Of a stretch of DNA of 64,000 nt, positions 31,140 through 40,980 are shown piece by piece. The DNA comes from an uncultured Planctomycetota bacterium (GTDB taxonomy: Bacteria > Planctomycetota > Planctomycetia > Gemmatales > Gemmataceae). The translations under genes and the position numbers were made by a program. Where the stretch lies: positions 448,001 through 512,000 of the forward strand of contig CAWKHF010000004.1 of assembly GCA_963849325.1 (NCBI GenBank). The letters are read 5' to 3'. The notes below the pieces were generated by a model. That model was not told the DNA's origin and did no database searches. It saw only the letters and a program-made list of their open reading frames with translations. Within the stretch, counting starts at the first letter, position 1; every line of letters starts with the position of its first letter.

Positions 31140-34100
31140 ATGGTCAACGCAAGACACGGATTCGCTCCAGCAGCAATGCACAGGAACACGGCCTTGTGTT
31201 CGCGGGCGTTCTTTCTTCTGGGTGTGCTGGGGTTCAGCCTGCCCTCCCCTGCTCAGGCCAATCCGCAAGGCGGACAGGTCGCGGCAGGTCAGGCCAGCAT
31301 CACCTCTAGCGGCAACACGCTGAACGTCACGCAAAGCACGGACAAGGCGGTCATCGATTGGCGCAGCTTCAACATCGCGGCCGATGAACGGACTGCCTTC
31401 CATCAACCGTCCTCCTCCGCGATGGCGCTCAACCGCGTCAACGACCTCAACCCTTCGCAGATTCTGGGGACACTGACGGCCAACGGTCATGTCGTGCTGG
31501 TCAACCCCAATGGGGTGTTCTTCGGACCCAGCGCGAAGATCGACGTGGCGGGTCTGGTCGCCACCACCGCCAACATCGCCAACAACGATTTTCTCGCCGG
31601 CAAGCTGAACTTCAATCAGCCGGGCAACCCCCAGGCGGCCATTATCAACCAGGGCACGATCACGGCCCAGGAGGCAGGGCTGGTGGGATTGGTGGCGCCC
31701 GTGGTGGAAAACGAGGGCGTCATTACGGCCAAGCTGGGCCAAGTGACGTTGGCCTCCGGGGACAGCTTCACGCTGGACATGGCGGGCGACCATCTGATCG
31801 AGGTGGCCGTGACCAGCGAGCTGGCACAGCAGTTGGCCAGCAACAGCGGTAAGATCGCGGCCGATGGCGGAACGGTGATGTTGACGGCGGCGGCCGGGCG
31901 GCAGCTCGTGGATGGGGTCGTCTCCAACAGCGGGGCTATCGAGGCCAACAGCATCGGGGGGACCAACGGGCATATCGTGCTCTATGCGGAAGGCGGCAAC
32001 GCGGTCCCGGGTAATGTCGAAGCGGACAAGAGCCAGGTGCGGGGAAGCAGTACGGCCTGGAGCAGCGGCATGCTGTCGGCGTCCGGCTCCGGCAGCGGCG
32101 CGAAGGGAGGAACCATCGAGGTGCTGGGCGACCAGGTCGGCCTGCGGAGTGGATCGGTGCTGGACGTAAGCGGCGATGCTGGCGGCGGCACGGTGCGCGT
32201 CGGCGGCGATTTCCACGGCCAGGGAACGACGCCCACGGCCCTCGCCACCGTCGTCCAGAATGGCGCTACCATCAACGCCGATGCACGGGGTGCCGGCAAC
32301 GGCGGCCGTGTCGCCGTCTGGAGCGATAGCGACACCAGCTTCGAGGGATTGATCTCCGCACGCGGCGGCCTTGGCGGCGGCAACGGCGGCTACGTCGAAA
32401 CGTCGGGCAAGCAGATCCTCAACATGCAGGGGATGGTCGATGCCTCGGCCACCCAAGGCCAAGCCGGTGCCTGGCTCATGGACCCGGCGGACGCGGTGAT
32501 CGGCAGCTCCGACAGCAACGAAACAGGGAGCGCCGGCAGCACCTCCTTCACCCCGGACGGCACCGCCGCCACCGCCTTCATCAACGCCGCCGACATCGAC
32601 GCCTCGCTCAATCACGGCACGAGCGTCACCGTCGCCACCGGCGGCGATTCGGCCTCCGGTTCGGGCGGCGGCGCAATCACGGTGGCCAGCGACATCGCCA
32701 AGACCGCCGGCTCCGGTGCCACCCTCACCCTGTCCGCCGCCACCGACATCGTGGTCAACAACAACGTCTCCATCTCCTCCACCAGCGGCAAGCTCAACAC
32801 CCTCTTCGATGCCAATACTGCCGGCAACGGCGGCGCCATCGTCCTGAACCCCGGTGCCACCATCGCCAGCAATGGTGGGGACATCTACCTGGGCGGCGGC
32901 ACGCTGGACGGTTCCGGCCATCCCAGCGGGTCGGCCGTCGGCGACGCGGCCAATCCCAGCGGCATCAACCTGAGTTACCCCATCCTCAACTCCGGAAGCG
33001 GCAACATCGTCATGAGCGGCACCGGCTATGCCGGTGCCAGCGGCAATGACTACGGCATCCTCATGAGCGGCTTCGAAGCCAGCCCCGGCGTGTGGACCAG
33101 TGGCATCATGCAGACCACCACCGGCAACATCACCTTAAACGGCACCGGCGGCAACAGCACGAACTCTAATTACGGCGTCTGGCTGGGTGTTGCCCTCGTT
33201 ACGACGCAGAACGGGGCGATCGCCGTCAACGGTGCCGGCGCGGGCAACGGCTATGCGAATTATGGCATTTACAACTTTGTCAGCTCCGTGCAGGCGACGG
33301 GAACGGGTTCGATCACCCTGAGCGGCACCGCCCCGGCGACGGGAACTTTCCACGGCGTCGGCGTAGATATCGAAGGCACGCTCGGCGGATCTCCGGTGAT
33401 TTCCTCCGTCAACGGCAATATCGCCATCACCGGCACCGGCCAAGGTTGGGCTAACGAGGATAACGCCGGCATCACGCTCTACAATAATCCTTCCAGCACC
33501 TATTATCCCAGCATCTATACCACCGGCACGGGCCACATCACCCTCACCGGCATTAGCGGCAACGGCAATCCCGGCATCTATGCGCGGGCGGGCACGGTCC
33601 AGATCGGCGGCGGCTCCGACAGCGGCAATATCACCCTGAATGCCGATACGCTGAGCCTCGACGATACGGCCACTACCGCCATCCAGACCAGCGGCACCGT
33701 CCTCTTCGCGCCTTACACCGCCGGCGCCACCATTGGCTTCAGCGGCGGCGCGGGCACCTTGCAGGTGACGCAGGCGATCCTGGATGCGGTGAATGCGCCA
33801 ACGGTAACGGTGGGCAGTACCAGCGCCGGCGCATTGACCACCGGCGCATTCAATTGGGAGCATACGCTCGATAACCTGAACCTGATCGGGGGTAGCGTTG
33901 AGGTCGGCGGCAATATCACCAAGGGTGTCGATGACGCCAGCGTCGCCAACAGCGCCAGCGGCACGCTGACGGTGCAAAGCAACACGGACATCACGCAGGA
34001 TTCCAACGCCGCCATCGCCTCCTCCGGCAGCTACGGCAAGCTCAACACCCTCTTCGATGCCGACGTGGCCGGAGGAGAGGGCGCCATCCTGATGAACACC

Positions 34101-35669
34101 GGCAGCAGCATCACCACCAATGGCGGGGACATCTACCTGGGCGGCGGCACCCTTGACGGCTCCGATCATCCAACCGGGGCGGCCGTCGGCGATAACGTCG
34201 CATCGGGCATGAGCAGCGGCGTGTGGCTGTACGGGGCGACGCTCACCGCCGGCGCCGGCAATGTCAGCCTGTACGGCTCCGGCACCACCGGCCCGTTCGG
34301 CACTTATGACAACGGCATCCTGGTGTGGAATTCCAGCAGCATTTCCACGACGACCGGCAACATCACGCTGAACGGCTTCGGCTCGACTTCTCCCGGACCC
34401 GGTGTATGGGGCCATGACATCGGCGTTTTTGTCGATTCCTCCTCGCAGATCTCCACCGTCTCGGGGGCCGTCGGCATCACCGGCACCGGCTATGGCAATA
34501 TTGAGCTGGATCATGGGGTGGTGATCTCGGGCGATGTCCTCAGCACTGGCACCGGCAGCGGTGTCGGCAGCATCACCATCAAGGGCACCGGCTCGGCCCA
34601 TGCCATCGCCAGCAATGGCGTGGAGATACTGGCGGGCGCGAACATCACCTCGGTGGACGCCAATATCGCCATTACCGGCACGGCTCCAGGAAACACGGCC
34701 GGATCGGATAACAACGGCATTAATATCGGCATCGCCAATGATGCCGGCATCCAGAGCAACGCGGGCGGGGCCGTCATCGCCTCAACCGGCAAGGGCAACA
34801 TCATGCTGACCGCTACCGGCGGCGGCGATAGCGATATTGGAGATCTGTATTATTTCGGCGGCGCGCCCGGCAATGTCAGCACCATCGGCAATGCCGCGGG
34901 AACGGGCACCATCACCTTCAATGCCGACACGCTGCTCAACCCTCTCGACATCCAGGTGCAAACCGCCGGCCAGGTCGTCTTCCAGCCGCGCACCGCCTCC
35001 ACCACGGTTGGCGTAGCGGGAGGGGCTGGCACGCTGCAACTTACCAGCGGCCTCCTCAACAATATCACCGCCGGCGGCATCAGCATCGGCAACACGGCCG
35101 ATAGCGGCGCGATGAATGTCGGCGCGTATGCCTGGAATGCGCCCGTAAGCCTGCTCTCGGGCCGCGGCAGCATCGACATCGGCGGCGCTCAGGCGATGGG
35201 CGGCAATAGCTTCCTGGCCGATACCGTCGCGGGCAACATTACCCTGGATAGCGTCGCTTCGATCGCCAGCACGGCCACGGGCAACGCCATCACGCTGGCC
35301 GACAGCGGCGGCCATTTCCTCAACGCTGCCGGCAGCGATGCGCTCTGGGCATCCAAGGGCCGCTGGCTGGTCTATTCGACGACTCCGGCCGGGGACGTTC
35401 TGGGCGGATTGAACGGCACGTTCCTCCGCTTCTCCTGTAGCTATGGAGGTTCCTGCCCGCGTGTGCCTTCCACGGGCAATGGGCTGCTTTACCGTGCTAT
35501 GCTTCCCGGCACCGTGAGCAAAGGTTCCGGTGATCCAGTCCTCGGCCTGCCAGGCTTTCCGGTGCGGTTTCCTCCGGTCGGGCCAATGGACTTCGCCGAT
35601 CTCATTACGATGGATCATCGCATTGCCGCCGACCAGGCGTCACCGTTCCTGCTTGACGCTGGCCAATAG
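31140..35669 (+). CDS. TpsA filamentous haemagglutinin-family beta-helix exoprotein (start uncertain)
   Basis: AQA-NPQGGQV cleavage site, AVIDWRSFNI, LNRV, LVNPNG TPS domain, GGYVETSG, Gly/Asn/Thr repeats. Confidence 0.93.
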   Translation: MVNARHGFAPAAMHRNTALCSRAFFLLGVLGFSLPSPAQANPQGGQVAAGQASITSSGNTLNVTQSTDKAVIDWRSFNIAADERTAFHQPSSSAMALNRVNDLNPSQILGTLTANGHVVLVNPNGVFFGPSAKIDVAGLVATTANIANNDFLAGKLNFNQPGNPQAAIINQGTITAQEAGLVGLVAPVVENEGVITAKLGQVTLASGDSFTLDMAGDHLIEVAVTSELAQQLASNSGKIAADGGTVMLTAAAGRQLVDGVVSNSGAIEANSIGGTNGHIVLYAEGGNAVPGNVEADKSQVRGSSTAWSSGMLSASGSGSGAKGGTIEVLGDQVGLRSGSVLDVSGDAGGGTVRVGGDFHGQGTTPTALATVVQNGATINADARGAGNGGRVAVWSDSDTSFEGLISARGGLGGGNGGYVETSGKQILNMQGMVDASATQGQAGAWLMDPADAVIGSSDSNETGSAGSTSFTPDGTAATAFINAADIDASLNHGTSVTVATGGDSASGSGGGAITVASDIAKTAGSGATLTLSAATDIVVNNNVSISSTSGKLNTLFDANTAGNGGAIVLNPGATIASNGGDIYLGGGTLDGSGHPSGSAVGDAANPSGINLSYPILNSGSGNIVMSGTGYAGASGNDYGILMSGFEASPGVWTSGIMQTTTGNITLNGTGGNSTNSNYGVWLGVALVTTQNGAIAVNGAGAGNGYANYGIYNFVSSVQATGTGSITLSGTAPATGTFHGVGVDIEGTLGGSPVISSVNGNIAITGTGQGWANEDNAGITLYNNPSSTYYPSIYTTGTGHITLTGISGNGNPGIYARAGTVQIGGGSDSGNITLNADTLSLDDTATTAIQTSGTVLFAPYTAGATIGFSGGAGTLQVTQAILDAVNAPTVTVGSTSAGALTTGAFNWEHTLDNLNLIGGSVEVGGNITKGVDDASVANSASGTLTVQSNTDITQDSNAAIASSGSYGKLNTLFDADVAGGEGAILMNTGSSITTNGGDIYLGGGTLDGSDHPTGAAVGDNVASGMSSGVWLYGATLTAGAGNVSLYGSGTTGPFGTYDNGILVWNSSSISTTTGNITLNGFGSTSPGPGVWGHDIGVFVDSSSQISTVSGAVGITGTGYGNIELDHGVVISGDVLSTGTGSGVGSITIKGTGSAHAIASNGVEILAGANITSVDANIAITGTAPGNTAGSDNNGINIGIANDAGIQSNAGGAVIASTGKGNIMLTATGGGDSDIGDLYYFGGAPGNVSTIGNAAGTGTITFNADTLLNPLDIQVQTAGQVVFQPRTASTTVGVAGGAGTLQLTSGLLNNITAGGISIGNTADSGAMNVGAYAWNAPVSLLSGRGSIDIGGAQAMGGNSFLADTVAGNITLDSVASIASTATGNAITLADSGGHFLNAAGSDALWASKGRWLVYSTTPAGDVLGGLNGTFLRFSCSYGGSCPRVPSTGNGLLYRAMLPGTVSKGSGDPVLGLPGFPVRFPPVGPMDFADLITMDHRIAADQASPFLLDAGQ

Positions 35670-35794
35670 TCGTACCTCCGGTCAAAAGATGTCTGCGGAC
35701 GACGGAAGGTGTACCTTTTGTCGGAGTTCATCAATCGGCAGTCCTGCTTCACTTTATTGGTGACAAAAGGTAGGTGACAGAATATCCTCGCCGG

Positions 35795-36895
35795 ATGGAT
35801 GGCCAGACCGTCAACGTCGTAGGGTACGCCCGCATTTCTTCCGCCGATCAATCCGAAGACGGTCAGGCCGACGCGCTTCGCCGTGCCGGGGCGTCCCGGG
35901 TCGTCGTGGAGAAAGCATCCGGGGTCGCCGAGCGTCCGCTGCTGGATGAGTTGCTCTCGGGCCTGCGGTTCGGTGACGCTCTGGCGGTCACGGAAGTCAG
36001 CCGGCTCGGCCGCACGGTGCATGCAATCCTGCTGCTCGCCGATGATCTGCGACGGCGTGGCGTGCATCTCCGCATTCTGAACCTCGGCATCGACACTGGG
36101 ACGCCAGCCGGCGAGCTGGTGCTCACGCTGATGGCCGGCCTCGCCAAGTTTGAGCGCGATCTGCTGCGGGAGCGGCAGAGGCGGGGCATCGACGCCGCCC
36201 GCAAAAGAGGGAAACACCTCGGTCGTCCGCCGGCCCTGACGGCCGACCATGCGGAGACAGCGATTAGCCGGCTTCAGACAGAAAGCCTGGCGGTCATCGC
36301 CAGCGAATGGCGGGTTTCAGAGCGGACGCTTTCCCGCCTGGTGAAGAAGCATGCCGGGGACAGACCCTTGCCGCTCGCGCCCGGCGGAAAAGGGAAGGCG
36401 AAGCGGCGGGGACGGATTAACCAGACTGGAGTAATACCGATGGACAACTTGCTTACCATTTCTTTGGAAGCCCAAAACCCCGACCGAAACCATCATCGAC
36501 GCTACGAAATCCGGCTCGGCCGCGATCTCTTCGGCCAGTGGACGGTTGGTCTGCTCTACGGCCGCGTGGGGCGAGCGGGCCAGATGGTGCGTCATTCCGG
36601 TCCCGACCCAAAACGGCTCCGGCAGGTCATCCACGAAAGTCTGCGTCGCCGGCTCTCCGCACCCAAGCGGATCGGCTGCCCGTACCAGTTGATCGGGTGG
36701 AGCGCGGCTGCGGATATCGACATCGGCTTCTGGCTTCCGGCGGACACCCTGGCGGCGTTCGTCCCACCGACCGCCGTCCACAGCAGCGGGGACTCGCATG
36801 ACGAGTGCCGATCAGGGTCTGCGAGTTCGCCGGTTTCGGGGCGGTCACGCCGGACTTTCCCCACAGGCACAGCTCGCCTGGCTCCCCGCGGATAA
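35795..36895 (+). CDS. Resolvase/invertase in frame with a WGR-like domain (internal start at 36440)
   Basis: GYARISS, SRLGR, AKFER..RERQ..GRPP, HTH; then MDNLL..RRYEIRLGRDLFGQWTV..YGRVG. Confidence 0.85.
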   Translation: MDGQTVNVVGYARISSADQSEDGQADALRRAGASRVVVEKASGVAERPLLDELLSGLRFGDALAVTEVSRLGRTVHAILLLADDLRRRGVHLRILNLGIDTGTPAGELVLTLMAGLAKFERDLLRERQRRGIDAARKRGKHLGRPPALTADHAETAISRLQTESLAVIASEWRVSERTLSRLVKKHAGDRPLPLAPGGKGKAKRRGRINQTGVIPMDNLLTISLEAQNPDRNHHRRYEIRLGRDLFGQWTVGLLYGRVGRAGQMVRHSGPDPKRLRQVIHESLRRRLSAPKRIGCPYQLIGWSAAADIDIGFWLPADTLAAFVPPTAVHSSGDSHDECRSGSASSPVSGRSRRTFPTGTARLAPRG

Positions 36896-37465
36896 GCGGT
36901 TCCGGTCCGCACCCGGCCGGAATCTCGGATAGCTGTCTGTTCAAAAAGCACCTTCCCAAGGGGGAGATACAATCACGCCCCTCCGGCTTTCTTGGCACCA
37001 GTCCGAGGCATCGCGAACGCCTTTGGCCATCCCGAAGTGATCCCAGCCTACCGAATCCGGGGCCAAGGCACCCCCCTCTCGGCGTTTCCCATGAGTCTTT
37101 CGCCGCTACGCCCGTTTCTGGGGCGGAAAAAGACCCCGAAGGGGGTCAAAGTGCCAAAAAACGTCCAAGAAGAGGCGATTTTGGCTCTTTTTCGGCGTGC
37201 TGGACGGCCTGGGCTTGGCCGAGCCGCGGGAAAAACGTTATTGGCTACCGCTAAGCTCACTGGTAAGGCCGCTCGGACAATCGCCTCGACACATCCTCGG
37301 TGGCAAGCACCTCACGCGGCCCACGTTCTAAGTCACTGTGCCGCGAGGATTTTCGGGCGGTTTCTCTGCGGCCATTCCTGGACACGCCTTGTTTTTCCGG
37401 CTTCCGGCTCTGGGGAGATTTGGCCCGTCCCGCGTAAAGTGAAGCAGAGACGAAAGGAGAAGACG

Positions 37466-38800
37466 ATGGCTAGAATCAGGCGACCGGTGGATTCAGCGAA
37501 GGAGAATCCCATGCCACCTGTCCGGCCGCCAAAGGAACCCGATCCGAGGGCCATCAAGCAATGGATGAAGGACTTCCAAGGTCCGGACGAGAAAGCCAGC
37601 CAGCGCCTTCGAGATGCTTGTCAAGCTCGGCTCGCCTATAGGCGAGTTACTCGCCTCGTCGGAATGCGACCCCCACGGGCGTGGCTGGTACAGCTACGGT
37701 GATCTGGCGGCAGTGATCCATGAAGCTGGCATGTCCGATGCCAAGGTCTTCGCTGGCCTGGCGCAGGCAGTTGTGGGCAAAGACAGTTCGGTTCGGCTGG
37801 CGGCCATGCAGGTATGCACACAAATCACCCCTCCTCACCAAGTTGTTCTGGATGCACTGGTCGAAGCGCTGGGCGACCGCAATGATTCCGTTCGCCGCGA
37901 GGCCGCTCGCGCCTTGGGTGAGCTGCGGGTCGCCGCGCCCTCGGTCCTCAAAGGGCTGGCTGGTGCCCTACGAGATCCCGTCCCTGCCGTCGTTGGTGAA
38001 GTGATGAGTGCGTTAGGCGACATTGTGCGCCCTCCCCGGAGGTGTTAGCGGGCTTGGTGCATCGCCTGGGTGATGTCAACTCGCCCTTTTGTGGCTGGGC
38101 ACTTCTCGCGCTACAGAAGATTGGTGCCTTTGACCAGGCGGTGCATGATGCCGTTCGCCAGGTGGCCACCAGTACCTTCTCCTTTCCCGGCGAGCCTCCC
38201 AGCGGGTACGGCGACGACTACGGGTACTGGTGGGAGAGCTATCACCATGCTGAGCGGCGCCATAAAGAGAACCGCCAACAGGCCGCGAAGCTACTGATGG
38301 AGATTTCGATGGGTCCAATCGTGCAGGAGGCTATCGAATCAGGGCGGCAACCCATTCTCAGCGAGGAGGACCAGCGAATCCTTATGTGGTTCCAAGACGT
38401 GGACCTGACAGAATACCTGACACCGCTCCAGGTTTATTGGTGCATTGGGCAGGCGGATCGGGATGCCATCGAGTCAGAGGGTCGAGCCATAGGATATGGC
38501 AAGCTTGAGAGGAGATTGAAGCAACTTCAACCGACCTTTGCCCAAGTTCGGCTGTTTATCAGCAACGGCTACATCCGTGACAGCTGTCTCGGCGTGGTTT
38601 ATGCGCTGCTGGACAAGGAGCCGTTCTACTCCAACGCCTGGACGGACGAGGAACGCAGAATGGAGTTTCGGGCTCCGTACCCGAGTGGTGGGCGCGGGGG
38701 GGGCCGGTGGACGCGCAGGGCGCGGAAAGCATTCCATTATGTGGATCGGTTCCTTTCCATCATGAAGTACCTGCCACAGATCACCGTCACCCAGGGGTAA
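37466..38800 (+). pseudogene. HEAT/PBS-lyase repeat protein, two frameshifts
   Basis: AAGGAG RBS; DSSVRLAA, LVEALGDRNDSVRREAARALG, LRDPVPAV; frames join near 37610 and 38035. Confidence 0.7.
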
Positions 38801-38874
38801 CACGGAAACTGCTTGACAATGGCGCCGTAATCCAGGCATGGTGGAACTCGTCGATCATCATTTCTTTTCTGCCG

Positions 38875-39384
38875 ATGGAACTGATACCCGAGGACAAGAG
38901 GCGATACCTGGAGAAGAGCGAAGCAGCACACGAGCGCTTTCGAGCTGAGCATGAGTATATTGACCTGGAGGTTATCGAGTTCCCGAGTGATGCGCTTAGT
39001 GTAAAGCGGTTGCGCGAGACCTTCCCTGCTGAATTCTTCGACAGGGGGTTTATCAGCGATGGTTGGAACTTTTTCGGCTCCTTCTTCCTCCCCCTCGGGG
39101 ACGAGAAACCCCTTCACCTGCTGCAATTGCACAACCTCCTTTCGGCGGAACGGGCGGTGGCTGAGTATGCCTATTTGAGCGTGTTCGACCCCTATCCGAG
39201 CGAAACCTGCGACGACGAAATCCGCGAGTACGACCTCGAAGCCAGGAAGCATCTGGAGGAGCTTTACGTGGATTTCAGGCTGGCCGACAGCCCCGAAACC
39301 GCCCGGTTTCTCATCCGACACATCGAGGAGCAAGGCGCACAGCAGGCAAAGGCTCACAAGAGCCGCGAGAGCCGGGGCAGGTAG
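38875..39384 (+). CDS. Hypothetical acidic protein with basic tail
   Basis: MELIPEDKRRY...HKSRESRGR; protein-like composition. Confidence 0.6.
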   Translation: MELIPEDKRRYLEKSEAAHERFRAEHEYIDLEVIEFPSDALSVKRLRETFPAEFFDRGFISDGWNFFGSFFLPLGDEKPLHLLQLHNLLSAERAVAEYAYLSVFDPYPSETCDDEIREYDLEARKHLEELYVDFRLADSPETARFLIRHIEEQGAQQAKAHKSRESRGR

Positions 39385-39619
39385 CCTGGATCGCGCGCGG
39401 CGCACCATCGACAATCCCAAGAAGGCTGCCATTAATTCATGCGGATGGAGCGACAGCCCCGGTCGCCGGTGCGAGGGGGCAGCTTCTTCGCAGGAAGCGC
39501 CCTGGATGGAAGGGGACGCCACACCGCAACCCCACCTTCCTTTAGCGGCGGAAAAGTCTCTCCGACACTCCTGATGCGGCAGAAAAGCGATCGAAAATCG
39601 CCCCGTGGAGGGTACGTAC

Positions 39620-40411
39620 ATGGCTGGCTGGCAGATGAAGCAGATGAGGCCCAAGGACATCGTGGTCAACCCGCAGGTCCGCAAGGCTTCCGATCCCCAA
39701 GCGCAGGAGGAACTCAACGCCTCGGTGAAGGCATGGGGCATTCTCCAGCCCTTGCTCGTGATGGCGTCCGGCGTTCTCCTGGCGGGGCATCGCCGTCTTC
39801 TCGCGGCCCTGGCCGCAGGACTGGAAACCGTTCCCGTCATTGTCACGGATCGCCTGCTTTCGGACAGCGAAGTTCGCGTGATCCAGCTCACCGAGAACAT
39901 TCATCGGGCCGACCTGACCGGCTACGAGAAGTGGCTCGGCTGTGCGGAGCTGATGTCCATGAACCCGCACTGGCAGCTCAAGGACCTGGCGGCACACCTG
40001 CACTTCGACCCCTCGATGGTGACGCGGCTGCTCAGCCCGTCGAAGTGCATCCCAGCCTGGCAGGAGGCCCTGAAGGCGGGCAAGGTCGGCATCTCCGACT
40101 GCTACGCCGCCTCGAAGCTGGAGGAGAAGGAACAGGCCGAGCTGCTGGCGCTGAAGCTCAGTGGTGCCAGCCGCGACGCCATCGAGCAGGCGGGCCGGAG
40201 GAATCGCACCAAGGCTACCCCCGCAGTCCGGCTGTCGCGCGTGAAGATCGCCATGCCGCAGGGGGCGAGCGTCGTCGTCAGCAGAAACAACCTGAGCATG
40301 GCCGACGTGGTGGAGCTGCTCGCAGAAACGCTCAAAGAGGCCCGCAAGGCCGCCGAGCAGTACGACGTGAAAACCTTTCAAAGCATGATGAAGGACAAGG
40401 CGAAGGGCTGA
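39620..40411 (+). CDS. ParB/RepB/Spo0J family protein
   Basis: GILQPLLV, AGHRRLLA, ENIHRADL, HTH. Confidence 0.9.
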   Translation: MAGWQMKQMRPKDIVVNPQVRKASDPQAQEELNASVKAWGILQPLLVMASGVLLAGHRRLLAALAAGLETVPVIVTDRLLSDSEVRVIQLTENIHRADLTGYEKWLGCAELMSMNPHWQLKDLAAHLHFDPSMVTRLLSPSKCIPAWQEALKAGKVGISDCYAASKLEEKEQAELLALKLSGASRDAIEQAGRRNRTKATPAVRLSRVKIAMPQGASVVVSRNNLSMADVVELLAETLKEARKAAEQYDVKTFQSMMKDKAKG

Positions 40412-40413
40412 AC

Positions 40414-40767
40414 ATGGACAGGAACAAACTCATCTGCGCTCATTTCGACGCCTACAGCGACCTTGCGTGGGTGACGAATGTGGAACCCAAGTACAAGGCA
40501 GCGCTCTGGGATGCGAGGGAGATCGAGCTATTTCGGCAGGCGTGGCAGGCAGACAGAGAGGCCAGGGATTGGGACAGGTGGCAGGAGAGGGTGAAAGGCA
40601 TGACCGACGCTGAGTTGCAGCGTGATATTGCCGAATGTCACACCCAGATCGACGCCTTCCGCAAGGGATTGACAACCGACCGTGAACGCTTCCGGCGGAT
40701 CATGGAAAGCAAAGACGACAGGCCGTCGGCACAGCAAGAGGTCAAAGACCGGGGAAGGGAGATTTGA
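40414..40767 (+). CDS. Hypothetical protein
   Basis: Starts 2 nt after the ParB-family gene; ends KDRGREI. Confidence 0.7.
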   Translation: MDRNKLICAHFDAYSDLAWVTNVEPKYKAALWDAREIELFRQAWQADREARDWDRWQERVKGMTDAELQRDIAECHTQIDAFRKGLTTDRERFRRIMESKDDRPSAQQEVKDRGREI

Positions 40768-40967
40768 TGGCGATCAACCCGCGCCTGCAACACGAGACGG
40801 CTTTTGCCCTGGCCACCGCCTTGCTCGACCTCGTGCGCAACTGCATCCGTGAAGAGGAACGGCGGGATGCGTTCGCGGCGTTTTACGAAGCGTGCCGGGC
40901 CGGGATCGAGGCCCATGACGTTCGGCGACAAAGAATGCAGACACGACTGCACCCCTTTAACAACTGA
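40767..40967 (+). CDS. Small hypothetical protein
   Basis: Translationally coupled; MAINPRLQHETAF... Confidence 0.65.
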   Translation: MAINPRLQHETAFALATALLDLVRNCIREEERRDAFAAFYEACRAGIEAHDVRRQRMQTRLHPFNN

Positions 40968-40980
40968 AACGGAGGAAACC

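Noticed and set aside
29277-35669. CdiBAI contact-dependent inhibition locus
   Set aside because: No VENN or pre-toxin motif, toxin tip or immunity gene
36900-37460. Structured non-coding region with GACCCC-GAAG-GGGGTC hairpin
   Set aside because: No RNA family or terminator recognisable by eye
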